Shown here piece after piece: positions 39,583-52,852 of a stretch of 64,000 nt of DNA. The translations under genes and the position numbers were made by a program. This stretch comes from Candidatus Latescibacterota bacterium (GTDB lineage Bacteria > Latescibacterota > UBA2968 > UBA8231): assembly GCA_965215195.1 (NCBI GenBank), contig CBDCDC010000001.1:320001-384000 (forward strand), written 5' to 3'. The notes under the pieces were generated by a model. The model saw nothing but the letters and a program-made list of their open reading frames with translations, had not been told where the DNA came from and searched no databases. Numbering within the stretch: the first letter of the stretch is position 1; each line of letters starts with the position of its first letter.

Positions 39583-39699
39583 TAACGGAGTGGTTGGATC
39601 GGCGGATATATCGGCACTAAACGCACCAAGCGTTTAATTTCCCGTACGTCGTCAGACAATTCCAGATCACCGTTTTCGCGGTGCATCATGGCTTGGTCA

Positions 39700-40299
39700 T
39701 CAAGCGACAAAAGCGCGGGTGTACGGCAAGCGGGACACAGTCTCGTCGATCAGATCGTCGGCGGCCAAAAGCTGGCCCAGCGAATCCCAGCTCCCCTTGA
39801 GAAACTGCTCGCGGGGGCCATCGGCAATTTCGGCTGCAACCTCGCGGCTGGCCCAGCGCACGCTCCGCGCTTCGAGGTCGATAGCCACTTCCTGCGCCGG
39901 GTCGCTCTCGACCGCAGCCATCAAAGTCTGCATGTCCTCGGCCGCCAGCCGCACACAAGGCAGCCCCATGGCGATGCAGTTGCCAAAGAAAATCTCGGCA
40001 AAGGACTCGGCGACAAAGCCCTTGATCCCCCAGCGCATCAGGGCCTGCGGCGCGTGTTCGCGCGAGGACCCGCAGCCGAAATTGGCGTTGGCCAACAGAA
40101 TCGACGCCCCTTGGAAGTGCGCTTGGTCAAAGGGATGGTCGCTGCCGGCGCGGTCGTCCTCAAAGGCATGGGCACCGAGGTTATCAAAGGTCACCGTGCG
40201 CAAAAAGCGGGCCGGGATGATGCGGTCGGTGTCGATATCTGCGCCGCGCACCACCACGCCGCGGCCGATTATCGTCTTAATCACACTCGAATTTTCCAT
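39700..40299 (-). CDS. leuD: 3-isopropylmalate dehydratase small subunit
   Basis: DIDTDRIIPARFL, NFGCGSSREHA, SFAEIFFGN. Confidence 0.96.
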   Translation of the reverse strand: MENSSVIKTIIGRGVVVRGADIDTDRIIPARFLRTVTFDNLGAHAFEDDRAGSDHPFDQAHFQGASILLANANFGCGSSREHAPQALMRWGIKGFVAESFAEIFFGNCIAMGLPCVRLAAEDMQTLMAAVESDPAQEVAIDLEARSVRWASREVAAEIADGPREQFLKGSWDSLGQLLAADDLIDETVSRLPYTRAFVA

Positions 40300-40341
40300 G
40301 GTGTCTCCTTAACGATTGCGTCAGCAAGCCCACGCAAATAT

Positions 40342-40569
40342 CTAACGAACCCTGAGGAAGTCGTCGACGTCGATTCGGGCTTCTCGAAGAATGGCGCGAA
40401 GCGTTCCCTCCGCCATATCTCTAGTGTGACGAGGCACAGTAACTTTCCGACCAGTCTGTGCATGACGCCAAACTTCGTGACTGCCCGGCCCCGGACGGTC
40501 GAACCCATAACCAAAACGTCGCAGGCGCTGAGCAACTTCTCGATACTTGAACCCGGAGAGCCGTCCCAC
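40342..40569 (-). CDS. hicA: HicA family toxin
   Basis: LRRFGY...GSHEVW...VTVPRH...GTLRAILR. Confidence 0.9.
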   Translation of the reverse strand: MGRLSGFKYREVAQRLRRFGYGFDRPGPGSHEVWRHAQTGRKVTVPRHTRDMAEGTLRAILREARIDVDDFLRVR

Positions 40570-40820
40570 TACGGCACGCTTACAGGGACCAGCAGATCAA
40601 TTTCGGCGTTACCCTCCGGGAGAGTCGCCAATGCGCGAGGAAGCGGGTCCCCGTGTTCAATACATGACTCTGCAATTTTGCGTACGAGACCTTGTGCAAT
40701 CTCGGCAGCCTCGGTGACGCTACGTCCTTCTGCAACCAAGCCCGAGACATCGGGACTCGTGGCGAGAAAGCCACCTTCATCCAATGGCTCAATATGTAGT
40801 CGGATCGTCGATTCGTTCAT
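40569..40820 (-). CDS. hicB: HicB family antitoxin (short form)
   Basis: IEPLDEGGFLATSPDVSGLVAEGRS. Confidence 0.88.
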   Translation of the reverse strand: MNESTIRLHIEPLDEGGFLATSPDVSGLVAEGRSVTEAAEIAQGLVRKIAESCIEHGDPLPRALATLPEGNAEIDLLVPVSVP

Positions 40821-40957
40821 CAAATTTGTCTCCTTTTGCGTCACGCGGCATACAACAGTTTCTTCGTCTGCTCAATGTCTCGAGCGATATAGCGACTCTC
40901 TGTCATCAGTACCTCCGTTCCAATCGGTCTGCTTGGGCGAGTTCCACAAACGGCCCC

Positions 40958-42355
<1,398 letters not shown>

Positions 42356-42375
42356 CTCCGCTCTCCTCTACACGG

Positions 42376-43995
<1,620 letters not shown>

Positions 43996-43999
43996 GATG

Positions 44000-44140
44000 T
44001 GCTCTTTCCTAAACTGGCCGGATGAGGTGGTACCAGCGGCAGACGGTCCCCTCCAGCCGTGTAGAGACCACCCACCGACGTAAGGTCGGGATCGGAACTC
44101 AACTCGCTAAGTAGGGGTTCCATCGCGCTCACCTCCTTTC
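44000..44140 (-). promoter_or_regulatory. Putative structured leuA leader with upstream ORF
   Basis: Strong AGGAGGTGA RBS and ATG out of frame with leuA; mutually exclusive helices. Confidence 0.45.
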
Positions 44141-44148
44141 GGGTGGTG

Positions 44149-45141
44149 CTATTTGTCGTCCAGCCAGCTCATCATCGCGCGCAGCCGGGTGCCGACGGTC
44201 TCGATCAGGTGCGCGGAATCGCGGCGCTTGATCGCATTGTACACCGGGCGGCCCACTTGGTTTTCGGCCAGCCATTCCCGCGCAAAGTGGCCGTTTTGCA
44301 CGTCGGCGAGAATTTGCTTCATTTCCGCCCGCGCCTGCTCGGTTATCACCCGGCGGCCACGCGTCAAGTCGCCGAACTCGGCAGTATCCGAAATCGACGA
44401 GCGCATGTTGGCGATGCCCCCTTCGTAGATCAGATCGACGATCAGCTTAACTTCGTGCAGGCACTCGAAATAGGCGACCTCGGGCTGGTACCCGGCCTCG
44501 ACCAGCGTGTCGAACCCAGCGCGGATCAGCTCGGTCAAACCGCCGCACAGCACCACTTGCTCGCCGAACAAGTCGGTCTCGGTCTCCTCGCGGAAGGTCG
44601 TCTCAATAACCCCGGCCCGGCCGCAGCCAATCCCCTTGGCATAGGCCAAGCCGACCTCGTGCGCTCGGCCAGTGGCATCTTGGTAAACGGCCAACAGGCC
44701 CGGCACGCCACCCCCCTGCTGGTACACGCGGCGCACCAAATGCCCCGGCCCCTTGGGCGCGACCATGAACACATCGACATCGGCCGGCGGCACCACCTGC
44801 CCAAAGTGGATGTTAAACCCGTGGGCAAAGGCGAGGGCATTGCCCGCTTTGAGATGGGGGCGGATATCGGCTTCGTACACGGCCTTCTGGACCTCGTCGT
44901 TGATCAGGATCACCGCGATATCGCCTCGCTTGCTGGCCTCGGCCACGTCGGCTACCTCCAGCCCGGCGGCCTCGGCCTCAGCGCGTCGCTGGCTACCCGA
45001 GCGCAGGCCCACCACCACCTTGACGCCGCTTTCCGCAAGGTTGAGCGAATGCGCGTGACCCTGGCTGCCATAGCCGATGACGGCCACGGTCTTGTCCGAG
45101 AGCAGCTCGAGATTGGCGTCGTTGTCGTAGTACATCTGCAT
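44149..45141 (-). CDS. ilvC: Ketol-acid reductoisomerase
   Basis: [40 protein letters not shown]. Confidence 0.97.
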   Translation of the reverse strand: MQMYYDNDANLELLSDKTVAVIGYGSQGHAHSLNLAESGVKVVVGLRSGSQRRAEAEAAGLEVADVAEASKRGDIAVILINDEVQKAVYEADIRPHLKAGNALAFAHGFNIHFGQVVPPADVDVFMVAPKGPGHLVRRVYQQGGGVPGLLAVYQDATGRAHEVGLAYAKGIGCGRAGVIETTFREETETDLFGEQVVLCGGLTELIRAGFDTLVEAGYQPEVAYFECLHEVKLIVDLIYEGGIANMRSSISDTAEFGDLTRGRRVITEQARAEMKQILADVQNGHFAREWLAENQVGRPVYNAIKRRDSAHLIETVGTRLRAMMSWLDDK

Positions 45142-45262
45142 GGAAATTCTCCTTCACTGAGGGCGTTGAGATTGTTTGATAGACATAGTTCGCTGACAGC
45201 CGGCCAGTTGCAGCGGCTTCGTCCGTTAATTGGGCTGTCAAACGTGGAACGAGGAGCGAAGC

Positions 45263-45376
45263 CTACTTGATCGGCCGGCCAATAATAAGTAGGTCGAGGA
45301 GGAGAAGTCGGAGGCGCACCCACACTGGCGTCGGGCGGAAAATACGCGGGGACTGGGACGGCGCACTCATGGGCAT
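45263..45376 (-). promoter_or_regulatory. Branched-chain amino acid leader peptide (attenuator)
   Basis: 37 aa MPMSAPSQSPRIFRPTPVWVRLRLLLLDLLIIGRPIK* between the promoter and ilvC. Confidence 0.8.
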
Positions 45377-45423
45377 TAAACCTAAGTAATCCAAGTAGTT
45401 AGCTTTCAATTTAGAAAGGTTTC

Positions 45424-45452
45424 AATATACGGTGCACCAAGGGGAATGTCAA
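45424..45452 (-). promoter_or_regulatory. Sigma70-type promoter of the ilvC-leu operon
   Basis: TTGACA-17 bp-TATATT. Confidence 0.8.
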
Positions 45453-45522
45453 GCGATGTAGCGGAATCGCCCATCTTGCCCTAATTTACCGCACGCATTG
45501 AATCCCAACCGCGAAATTCCCT

Positions 45523-46509
45523 GTGGCCGACACCTTTGAAATCCAGCTCGTCGCCGACGACACCGCTTGGGATGCCTTCGTCCGCCAAGCCGTCGGCGGT
45601 ACGGTATTTTCCACCAGCGCGTGGCTCCGCTGTGCTGCGGCCGCCACCGGCGGCCAAGTCCATCGCCTCGGTTGCTATCGCAATGGCTGCCTCGTCGCTG
45701 GCCTCAGTGGCCTGGCCCGCCGGCGCATGGGCCTCTACCGCCTCGAAACCCCGGAACTGACGCCCCACACCGGCCTGCTTCTAGCGCCGGTCGCCAGCAA
45801 AAAACCAGCCACGGTCGAAGCCGCCCAACACCGCGCTTGTACGCACCTGCTTGACTATCTCGCCAAACATTACCACCGCGTCTTCCTAGTCCACGCGCCA
45901 GCCATCGCCGACGTGCGCCCCTTCACTTGGCAGGGCTGGGACGCGCACCTGCGCTACACCTATCGGTTGACTCTCGGCGCTAGCGACACCCTCTGGGAAG
46001 GGCTGGCAAACCTCAGACGCCGCGACATCCGCAAAGCCGAAAAACTGGGCTATCAGCTTCAAGCCACGGATGACACCGCGCTCTTTCGGCGGCAATACGA
46101 AGCCACCTACACCAACCAAACCAGCGCCCCGCCGGTCGCCTCAGCTATGGCCGAGCGCTTTGTCGCTTTAGTCCTAGAGGCCGGCCTAGCCAAGGCGTAC
46201 AAAATCGCCGCCGCAGACAAAGAGACCGCGGGCCTCGTCGTCTTTGTCGAGGGCCGCGACACCGCTTATTTCTGGACCGGGGGTTCGGATCCCGCCTTCA
46301 ACCACACGGGCGCGAATTCGCTTTTGTTCTGGCAGTACTGGGCGACCTGTTCCCTCCAGCGTTTCGACTTCGTCGGTGCCAACATTCCATCCATCGCCTT
46401 TTTTAAGCGCGGCTTTGGCTGCGACCTCGTGCCGTACTATGCGGTTGTCGGCTACAAGAGCCGCTGGGTCAAACGCGCTTTTGGCGTGCGCCGAGCGCTG
46501 CGCGGCTGA
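45523..46509 (+). CDS. FemAB-like GNAT family protein
   Basis: WDAFV...TVFS, YTYRL, RRDIRKAEK, FDFVGAN...FFKRGFG. Confidence 0.8.
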   Translation: MADTFEIQLVADDTAWDAFVRQAVGGTVFSTSAWLRCAAAATGGQVHRLGCYRNGCLVAGLSGLARRRMGLYRLETPELTPHTGLLLAPVASKKPATVEAAQHRACTHLLDYLAKHYHRVFLVHAPAIADVRPFTWQGWDAHLRYTYRLTLGASDTLWEGLANLRRRDIRKAEKLGYQLQATDDTALFRRQYEATYTNQTSAPPVASAMAERFVALVLEAGLAKAYKIAAADKETAGLVVFVEGRDTAYFWTGGSDPAFNHTGANSLLFWQYWATCSLQRFDFVGANIPSIAFFKRGFGCDLVPYYAVVGYKSRWVKRAFGVRRALRG

Positions 46510-46515
46510 CGGCTC

Positions 46516-48486
46516 TCAATAGTGCAATTGCGTCACCGACTTAGAAATCAACGCAATGGCCACGGCCGACATGCCCACCAAACCCATCCCACACGCATAC
46601 CCAGCCAACAACACCGGCGCGTATTGCCGCCACTGCTGCGCCCCAAAGCGCGGCTCCAGCCAATAGCGGGCCAGCAGGGCCCCGGCCATTTCCGGGATTA
46701 GCAAATGCGGCAGACCCGATAGGCCGCGCACAAACCCGTACACCAGCGAAATCGGCCACCCCAACCACGACATAACCCCAAACGCCCCCCCGGCCAGCAC
46801 AAAACTTCCCGCGATCCACCAGCCCTTAATCGCTTGGTCAAACAGCGTTTCCCCGCCCAACGTCGCCGAGTACCACAAACACTGGCGCAGCGCGATGAGA
46901 TGCCAATACGTCTGCGCGTATTGGAAGGTCGGCGAGGGAATGGGCTCCATCTGCCAGACCAGCGACCAAAACACAAAGCCACAGACCAAGCTCAGCGGCA
47001 ACAGCAACAGCTCGGCCTTGATAATCGACGAGAAGCGCGTCCCGGTCAGCTCAACCTCGCGGAAAAGCTGGGCGCGCCGGCCGTGGTCGGAGTATGGAAT
47101 GGGCGCGAACCATATATCAATGCCTTTGTAGCCGCTTAGGATAAAAGCGCCTTCGCGCAGCAGCGGGAAGCTGACCAACTGCCCCGTCAGCCCGGCCATG
47201 CGCGCATTGACGTACGAAATCACCGGCGTCACTACGAAGCCAAAGAGCAGCAAAAAGACCAGCGGAAACTCGTCGTCGTCTAAGAGCAACACGCAGAGCC
47301 AGACCATGGCCAGCGTCGACAGCGCGTACCCGACAATCGCTATCCACAGCGGAAAGTCGCCCCGCCCGGCCGGCTTATCCTGCAACGGGCGGTGCCCGCC
47401 CTGACGGCGCGCGGCCCGCACCGACAGCACGGCGTGGACCAAGCCAATCGCGCCCACGGCCGCGCCCGCGCCAATGTACACGCTCATCCACACGTCGATG
47501 TCGTTGGCGAAGTTCGTCAAGATCGCGTCCATGCCCGGCCGCCAGTGCGGCAGCGCACCAGCGTAATAGAGAATTGGGCTACCCAAGGCGTGGACCATGG
47601 CCGCGGCAAACGTGCCGACGACGATCCAAAACGGCAGCACCATCCCCAACAGCACCAAGCCCAAGTCCGTACCAATGCCCAAGGGCGCGGCCGGCAAAAT
47701 GCCCTCCGTAGTGCGCGTCAGGTCGATCCAAGGAATGGGCAGCAGGGCGATGGGATCGCTGGCGATCAACCCGGTCAGCGCCGGCAAGCCCACGTACACC
47801 GCGCCGAACAGCAAACCAATCCCCATGCCCACTGAGAAAACCCGCCAGCGCCAGCTATCCCGCCCTTCGTCTCCTTCGGCGAGGGCCATCGCCCCCTGCG
47901 CGGCCACCGGTGCCAACGGGAAGGGCAAGCGCTCCACATCGGACGTGACCCGAAAGAGGATGTAGCCGAGCGTGAACCACTCAACCCGCGACAAAACCTG
48001 CGAGGCGACCAGCACGACCACTGGCGGAATCCACGCCCGGTGCAAAAAGCTGCGCCCGACCAGCGCGTCTGAACCAATTGGCGGCGCAACCCATTCCGGG
48101 ATGTGCTCGGCAATGCCAAAGCCGGCCGCGGCCTGCGACTGGGCGAGGTACTGGTTCCACACTAGTTGCCCAAACGGCCCGCCGGCCAGCATGGTGCCGC
48201 CGATGACGCCGGCCAAGCCGCCGGCAATGTAGTAGATCAGGTAAATCTCCTGGCGCGTCAGCGAAGAAAAGGAACGCCGCGCCAGTTCGGAAAACAGGAT
48301 GATGGTCACCCACTCGGCGGCCGCGCCGAGCGATGCGCCGGCGATCAGGCCCATGTAAATGGCCCCGGGCATCATGATGAAGCCGACGAAAAACGCCCCG
48401 GCCACAGTGCGCACAGTAAAGCCCTCGCGAAAGCGCGTCGGGCGCTGCATCAAGTCGCGGTAGCTAGTTAGTTCGTCGGTTCTCAC
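46516..48486 (-). CDS. OPT/YSL-like putative peptide transporter
   Basis: Polytopic; AAEWVTIILF, DVERLPFP, SGYKGIDIWFAP; GTG start overlaps the upstream stop. Confidence 0.7.
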   Translation of the reverse strand: MRTDELTSYRDLMQRPTRFREGFTVRTVAGAFFVGFIMMPGAIYMGLIAGASLGAAAEWVTIILFSELARRSFSSLTRQEIYLIYYIAGGLAGVIGGTMLAGGPFGQLVWNQYLAQSQAAAGFGIAEHIPEWVAPPIGSDALVGRSFLHRAWIPPVVVLVASQVLSRVEWFTLGYILFRVTSDVERLPFPLAPVAAQGAMALAEGDEGRDSWRWRVFSVGMGIGLLFGAVYVGLPALTGLIASDPIALLPIPWIDLTRTTEGILPAAPLGIGTDLGLVLLGMVLPFWIVVGTFAAAMVHALGSPILYYAGALPHWRPGMDAILTNFANDIDVWMSVYIGAGAAVGAIGLVHAVLSVRAARRQGGHRPLQDKPAGRGDFPLWIAIVGYALSTLAMVWLCVLLLDDDEFPLVFLLLFGFVVTPVISYVNARMAGLTGQLVSFPLLREGAFILSGYKGIDIWFAPIPYSDHGRRAQLFREVELTGTRFSSIIKAELLLLPLSLVCGFVFWSLVWQMEPIPSPTFQYAQTYWHLIALRQCLWYSATLGGETLFDQAIKGWWIAGSFVLAGGAFGVMSWLGWPISLVYGFVRGLSGLPHLLIPEMAGALLARYWLEPRFGAQQWRQYAPVLLAGYACGMGLVGMSAVAIALISKSVTQLHY

Positions 48487-50387
48487 GGCCGGTATCCACC
48501 CCCCATCTCGCCCTGCAACAGCGCGACCGCCGCCCACAACAGGCGCAGCGCGACCTCGCCGCAAATCATCCCCAAGAAAAACGGCATGACCCGGCGGTAG
48601 GTCTGGGCCCCGCCGTAGCGCACGGCCAGCCACTTGCACAGCCAACCGCACAACACCGACCCCCACACCAGCCAGCCAAAACCCGTGCCAAACACAAAGC
48701 CCATGGGATGCAAGGGCCAGCGCAGAAAGTGCTGGCGCATCAATGCCAAGAAATAGGTAAAGCCCGCCCCGGCCGCGTGAAATCCCAAGCGCACCCAGTC
48801 CGTGCCCCCATCTACTGTGCCCGCGTCTTTGAACAAGTAGTTGTAGTAGCGGCCAATGCGCGCCTCAGACCGCGCACCGCCCTGCTCCTGCAAGGCGAAC
48901 AGCCCGTATTCGTAGATCGTTTCCAGCGCAAACACATAGCCGGCCCCCAGCCCGACAGCCAATCCCAAAGCCATCCCCCAAATCAAGCGGCGCGGCGACA
49001 CCCCGTGCATCTCGGCCAGTTTAAGCCCCTCAAATTGCAGGGCCGGCCAGATCCCAATCATCGTAAAGCCAAACACCGCCAAAAAGCCAAAGCCCATGTA
49101 GGTCTCGTCGGCAAAACGCCCGGCCCCGGTTCCCAAGGCCACGAAGAACAGGTAGCCCACAATTTGCGGCATCCCCACAATGGGCAGGCCTCCGTCGATC
49201 CGCAGCCGCGCAAACGTCAATGCCAACAGCAACACCAGCAACAGCGCCGCAATGCCCATCAGCGGCGGCACCCCCAAAGCCGTAGTCCACGCCCACAGCA
49301 ACGCCAGCCCGGCCGCCAGCCCCCACGTCGCCCGGCTGCGCCAAGCGATGGCCGCGGCCAGTGCCCGCCGCGCCGACCACAGGCTGAACAGCCCCAAAAA
49401 CAGCAAGCCGCCGCGCGCCTGCGTCATAAAAAAGGGGAAGTGACTGGGCCAATCTAACCACGGCGATCCGTGCCCGGGGATGAAATCGCCGCGATACTCC
49501 AGACGCCCGAGAAAGTGGGCCACCAACAATTGTGCGCGGGTGAGCAAATAGAAAAACCACGTGCTGAACGACACTTCCACGGGCGCGAGAAAGGCCGCAC
49601 CCACCAGCAAGGGGACAAACTCGAAGTGAAACGGCGACTCAAAGGGCGCCATGGCTTTCCACGGATCGTCGAGGAGGAAGTGAGCCATGTCCAAACGCGA
49701 GACGATCTCGGGCACGGACGGCATGTAGTGGTGCCACCCATTGATCCCCAACAGCACACCCGGCACCAACGCGCCCCACCAAAACAGCCGCTGGCCAAAC
49801 AGGTCTCCGGCAATGAGGGCGCGAGGGACTTCGAGCAATGGGAACCCCAGCCGCTCGGTCTCCAGCCAGCGCTGCCGCAAAAGCCACACCAAGCAGAAGC
49901 AGGTGAGAAAAAACGTGCCAAAAAACGCGCTCCACATCGCCAGCGGCCACAGCCACGCCCCCCAAGGCACGGCCGCGCCGCCTTCAAACGCTCCGATAGC
50001 CGGTGCCTCATTCGGCCCGCCCGGGACCAGCCAGTCCGGGACGACTTTCAGAAAGCGGTAATAGGGGCCGGTCGGCTGGGCAAAACCCCCGTAGAAACCC
50101 GTCACCAAGGCCGGCAGAAACCGGTGCATCAGGCCGGAAGCGGTCGCCGACACCCCGATGACCAGCGCAGCGTAGAGCACCGCACGATCCCCCGGGCCGA
50201 GCAAGCGACGCAACAAGGTCGCGGCTGCCAAGGCCCCTAAGGGCACGGCGAGAAAGACCTGCGCCCCCGTCTCACTTCCGGCCCCGGCCAAATGCGGGCC
50301 GTTGTACAGCAACTCAACGCGCTGGAGCAACCACCCGCTCGCGACCGTGATGCCGACGATGAGCAATGCCAAGCGCAGGGTCACCAT
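48483..50387 (-). CDS. DUF6785/DUF6784-like polytopic membrane protein
   Basis: VPWGAW..P, QRWLETERLGFPL, WPLHPMG, KW..VRYGG, PFFLG. Confidence 0.75.
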   Translation of the reverse strand: MVTLRLALLIVGITVASGWLLQRVELLYNGPHLAGAGSETGAQVFLAVPLGALAAATLLRRLLGPGDRAVLYAALVIGVSATASGLMHRFLPALVTGFYGGFAQPTGPYYRFLKVVPDWLVPGGPNEAPAIGAFEGGAAVPWGAWLWPLAMWSAFFGTFFLTCFCLVWLLRQRWLETERLGFPLLEVPRALIAGDLFGQRLFWWGALVPGVLLGINGWHHYMPSVPEIVSRLDMAHFLLDDPWKAMAPFESPFHFEFVPLLVGAAFLAPVEVSFSTWFFYLLTRAQLLVAHFLGRLEYRGDFIPGHGSPWLDWPSHFPFFMTQARGGLLFLGLFSLWSARRALAAAIAWRSRATWGLAAGLALLWAWTTALGVPPLMGIAALLLVLLLALTFARLRIDGGLPIVGMPQIVGYLFFVALGTGAGRFADETYMGFGFLAVFGFTMIGIWPALQFEGLKLAEMHGVSPRRLIWGMALGLAVGLGAGYVFALETIYEYGLFALQEQGGARSEARIGRYYNYLFKDAGTVDGGTDWVRLGFHAAGAGFTYFLALMRQHFLRWPLHPMGFVFGTGFGWLVWGSVLCGWLCKWLAVRYGGAQTYRRVMPFFLGMICGEVALRLLWAAVALLQGEMGGGYRP

Positions 50388-50458
50388 CTCAGAAACCTTT
50401 CTAACATTCCTTGCGTTGTCCCCTAGCCGCCCAACCTTTGAGGCTTTAGACCCCCCCC

Positions 50459-50582
50459 CTAACTACACGACACCAATAACTTGTCGTTGATGGGCGATGA
50501 GTCCGGGATCGAGGGCGTCCCGCCCTCGACGAGGGCAAGATGCCCTCGATCCGAGGGTAAGGCCCTACTGTCGTGTACTTAG
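50459..50582. mobile_element. MITE/REP-like element, copy B
   Basis: TIRs ctaactacacgacacca / tactgtcgtgtacttag; 52-bp palindromic core at 50501-50552. Confidence 0.7.
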
Positions 50583-50977
50583 GACCACCCCAATAAAAGC
50601 CCTATATTGACTTAGGGGCTTGGTATTCTACTATATAGGTTAGACTAAAGAAACCGAGTATGAATATTATAAAAGCGGCCTCATACCGGTCCAAATTAAG
50701 GATATTCCTCTTCTGGAACGAAGAGAGCGAAACGCACTATGAATCGAAACCTCGAAGCACTGATTGAAGAACACGCCAAGGTCATGGCCGAGCGAAGGGC
50801 CCCGGCCAAGTTACAGAGGATAAGAACGCGCCGGGCGTCAAGGCTGTCGTCGAACAGCTCAACAGGCGGTTCCGGGACTTTCAGGCAAAAGAGCACGTCG
50901 ATATGGAACGTATCCTTGGCGTAGGCTGCGATGGTGACGCGATTTAGGATCTCAAAGTTATTTTTAGAGGAGGACTC

Positions 50978-51571
50978 ATAGGTAATGATAGCAGCGATCC
51001 AGTACTGCCTGAGCCAAAGACGGAAGCTGCCAAGCAAGCACGGAGAAGTTTTGAGCACCGAGTTGAAGAACAGCTAAAGCAAGAGGAGCAGATTGCCTTC
51101 AACATTCTAGTGTGGGGCATGTCGCCCGACAGAGACGCTCCCATTGCCAGAAAACGAAAAGATATCGGTAATCGGCTTATTGATGACGGCCACAATGCCA
51201 TGTTTAGCGAGGATCTTCCAAACCTAGGCAACGACCGCAACCGTTCAGAAAAGAGCAAAGAGTTTGCTCAAGCGAAGGCTGCTGACCTAGTTATTATTCT
51301 TCTTGAGGATTCACCCGGTGCACTCGCTGAAGCATGTGACTTCTGTGACCATCCAGACTTGGCTACAAAAATCTACGTTATGGCTCCAGACTCGTACCAA
51401 GAGAGTTATCCGGGCCAAGGAACTCTAGAAGAATTAGATGAAGGGTACGGTGGTGTGTACTGGTACCAGCAAGGTGATGTCGAAGCCTGCCATCTTCTGA
51501 CACAAGCTAGCAAGCGTGTAAAAGCACGGCGGAGCATGGCTTATCGCCACCAAATAAGGGAGTCCAACTGA
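50978..51571 (+). CDS. Nucleoside deoxyribosyltransferase-like protein resembling retron St85/Ec86 effectors
   Basis: ILVWG...FSEDL...ADLVIILLEDSPGALAE; the frame is open back to an ATA codon preceded by GAGGAGG. Confidence 0.55.
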   Translation: MGNDSSDPVLPEPKTEAAKQARRSFEHRVEEQLKQEEQIAFNILVWGMSPDRDAPIARKRKDIGNRLIDDGHNAMFSEDLPNLGNDRNRSEKSKEFAQAKAADLVIILLEDSPGALAEACDFCDHPDLATKIYVMAPDSYQESYPGQGTLEELDEGYGGVYWYQQGDVEACHLLTQASKRVKARRSMAYRHQIRESN

Positions 51572-52638
51572 TGCCCAGCACAAGAAAGATGGATTGGGAA
51601 GCAGCCGAGGCGATGCAAGATAAGAAAACTATGTTCCTCTTGTATGCAGTATCGGAAGGTCTCTGCCTGCATATCAACGACTTCTCCGAGCATTTCGAGG
51701 GATTGGTTGCAGAAGAGGTGCAAACCCTTGTTACGGCTGGCTTCCTAGAGGAGTCCGCTGGACTCCTCAGCGTTACGGCAAAAGGACGTTTAGTATTGGG
51801 CGATCTTGCAAACGCTACAGTAAGCAAAGAAGAGGACCAAAAAAGAAAGAACAACATCGAATTTTCTTCAATTCATATCACTAAATCTTTGCGGGAAGCA
51901 ATTAGAGGTGCTGCCGAGTTGAGTGAACGGAGTGAAGAAGATTTTATTCATCAAACACTTGCTTTTATGGTTGGGCGCATAATTCGAGAGAACTGCGAAG
52001 TTGTCAATTTACGTGGTGAGACTGTTGACGAAGATCTTGAACGTTTGAAGTATTGGTGGTCTATGCAAAAGGAAGGAAAGAAGGTTCGTCTTCGTATGGG
52101 AGGTAACTCAGATCACTTTGAGATTAACTCCAAAGCAATGTCCAAAATGGAAGAGTGGTTAAAAGACAAAGAGGACATAGATGTCCCTGCCTATGACCCA
52201 TTTGAGTTGCTTTGGAAGAATATCGAGCACGAAGAAGAGTGGAAGAGACTGGAATGGAAAAAAGAATTAGAGTTACAAGACAAAAAAATTGCACCTGATG
52301 AGTATGAGAAGTTTTCGACTGAGGAAGGGCGAAAATTCAGAGAGGAAAGAGGCTATCTGCAATCAGAAGTTCCTTTTGAGTTTGTTCCCGGAATTCAAGC
52401 AAGTGCTCTTATTCCCGAAATCCCGTCTGAGTCCGAACAGCTTTTGCAGCTAGCGGAAACCATTGAGACAGGCACTTTTTCTTTACGCGATGCTCTTCTC
52501 TATTTTCTTATTCTGAGAGAGGGAAAAAGAACAATAATAAAATGGGTGGGGAAGAAACGCGCTAAGAAAATTTTAGGTATAGTTAAAACCCGTATCAGGA
52601 AAGCTCTTGACGACAAGATAGACATGAAGGAAAAATGA
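51571..52638 (+). CDS. Low-GC hypothetical protein, possible N-terminal winged helix
   Basis: 355 aa, coupled to the upstream gene (TGATG); LVTAGFLEE..LSVTAKGR. Confidence 0.55.
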   Translation: MPSTRKMDWEAAEAMQDKKTMFLLYAVSEGLCLHINDFSEHFEGLVAEEVQTLVTAGFLEESAGLLSVTAKGRLVLGDLANATVSKEEDQKRKNNIEFSSIHITKSLREAIRGAAELSERSEEDFIHQTLAFMVGRIIRENCEVVNLRGETVDEDLERLKYWWSMQKEGKKVRLRMGGNSDHFEINSKAMSKMEEWLKDKEDIDVPAYDPFELLWKNIEHEEEWKRLEWKKELELQDKKIAPDEYEKFSTEEGRKFREERGYLQSEVPFEFVPGIQASALIPEIPSESEQLLQLAETIETGTFSLRDALLYFLILREGKRTIIKWVGKKRAKKILGIVKTRIRKALDDKIDMKEK

Positions 52639-52852
52639 CCCGTGAAAACGATACCAAGACGATACCGAACTGACCTCCAAACGATCAGCCGCGCCTAAGA
52701 ACAGGACACAGGCCCACGCCTTGTGTGCCTTGGTCTGCCTAGCTTATCTTGTGCGCCACCAATAAAATGGCCCTTGTCCGCTCTTACCCGCCTTGCTCGC
52801 CTTTTCCCCGTCCTTGCCGTACGACATAGCCGCGATCTTGGCCGTTGTGGGT

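Noticed and set aside
50451-50459. C9 tract as a phase-variable promoter
   Set aside because: No convincing -35/-10 pair flanks it, and it abuts the MITE-like element.
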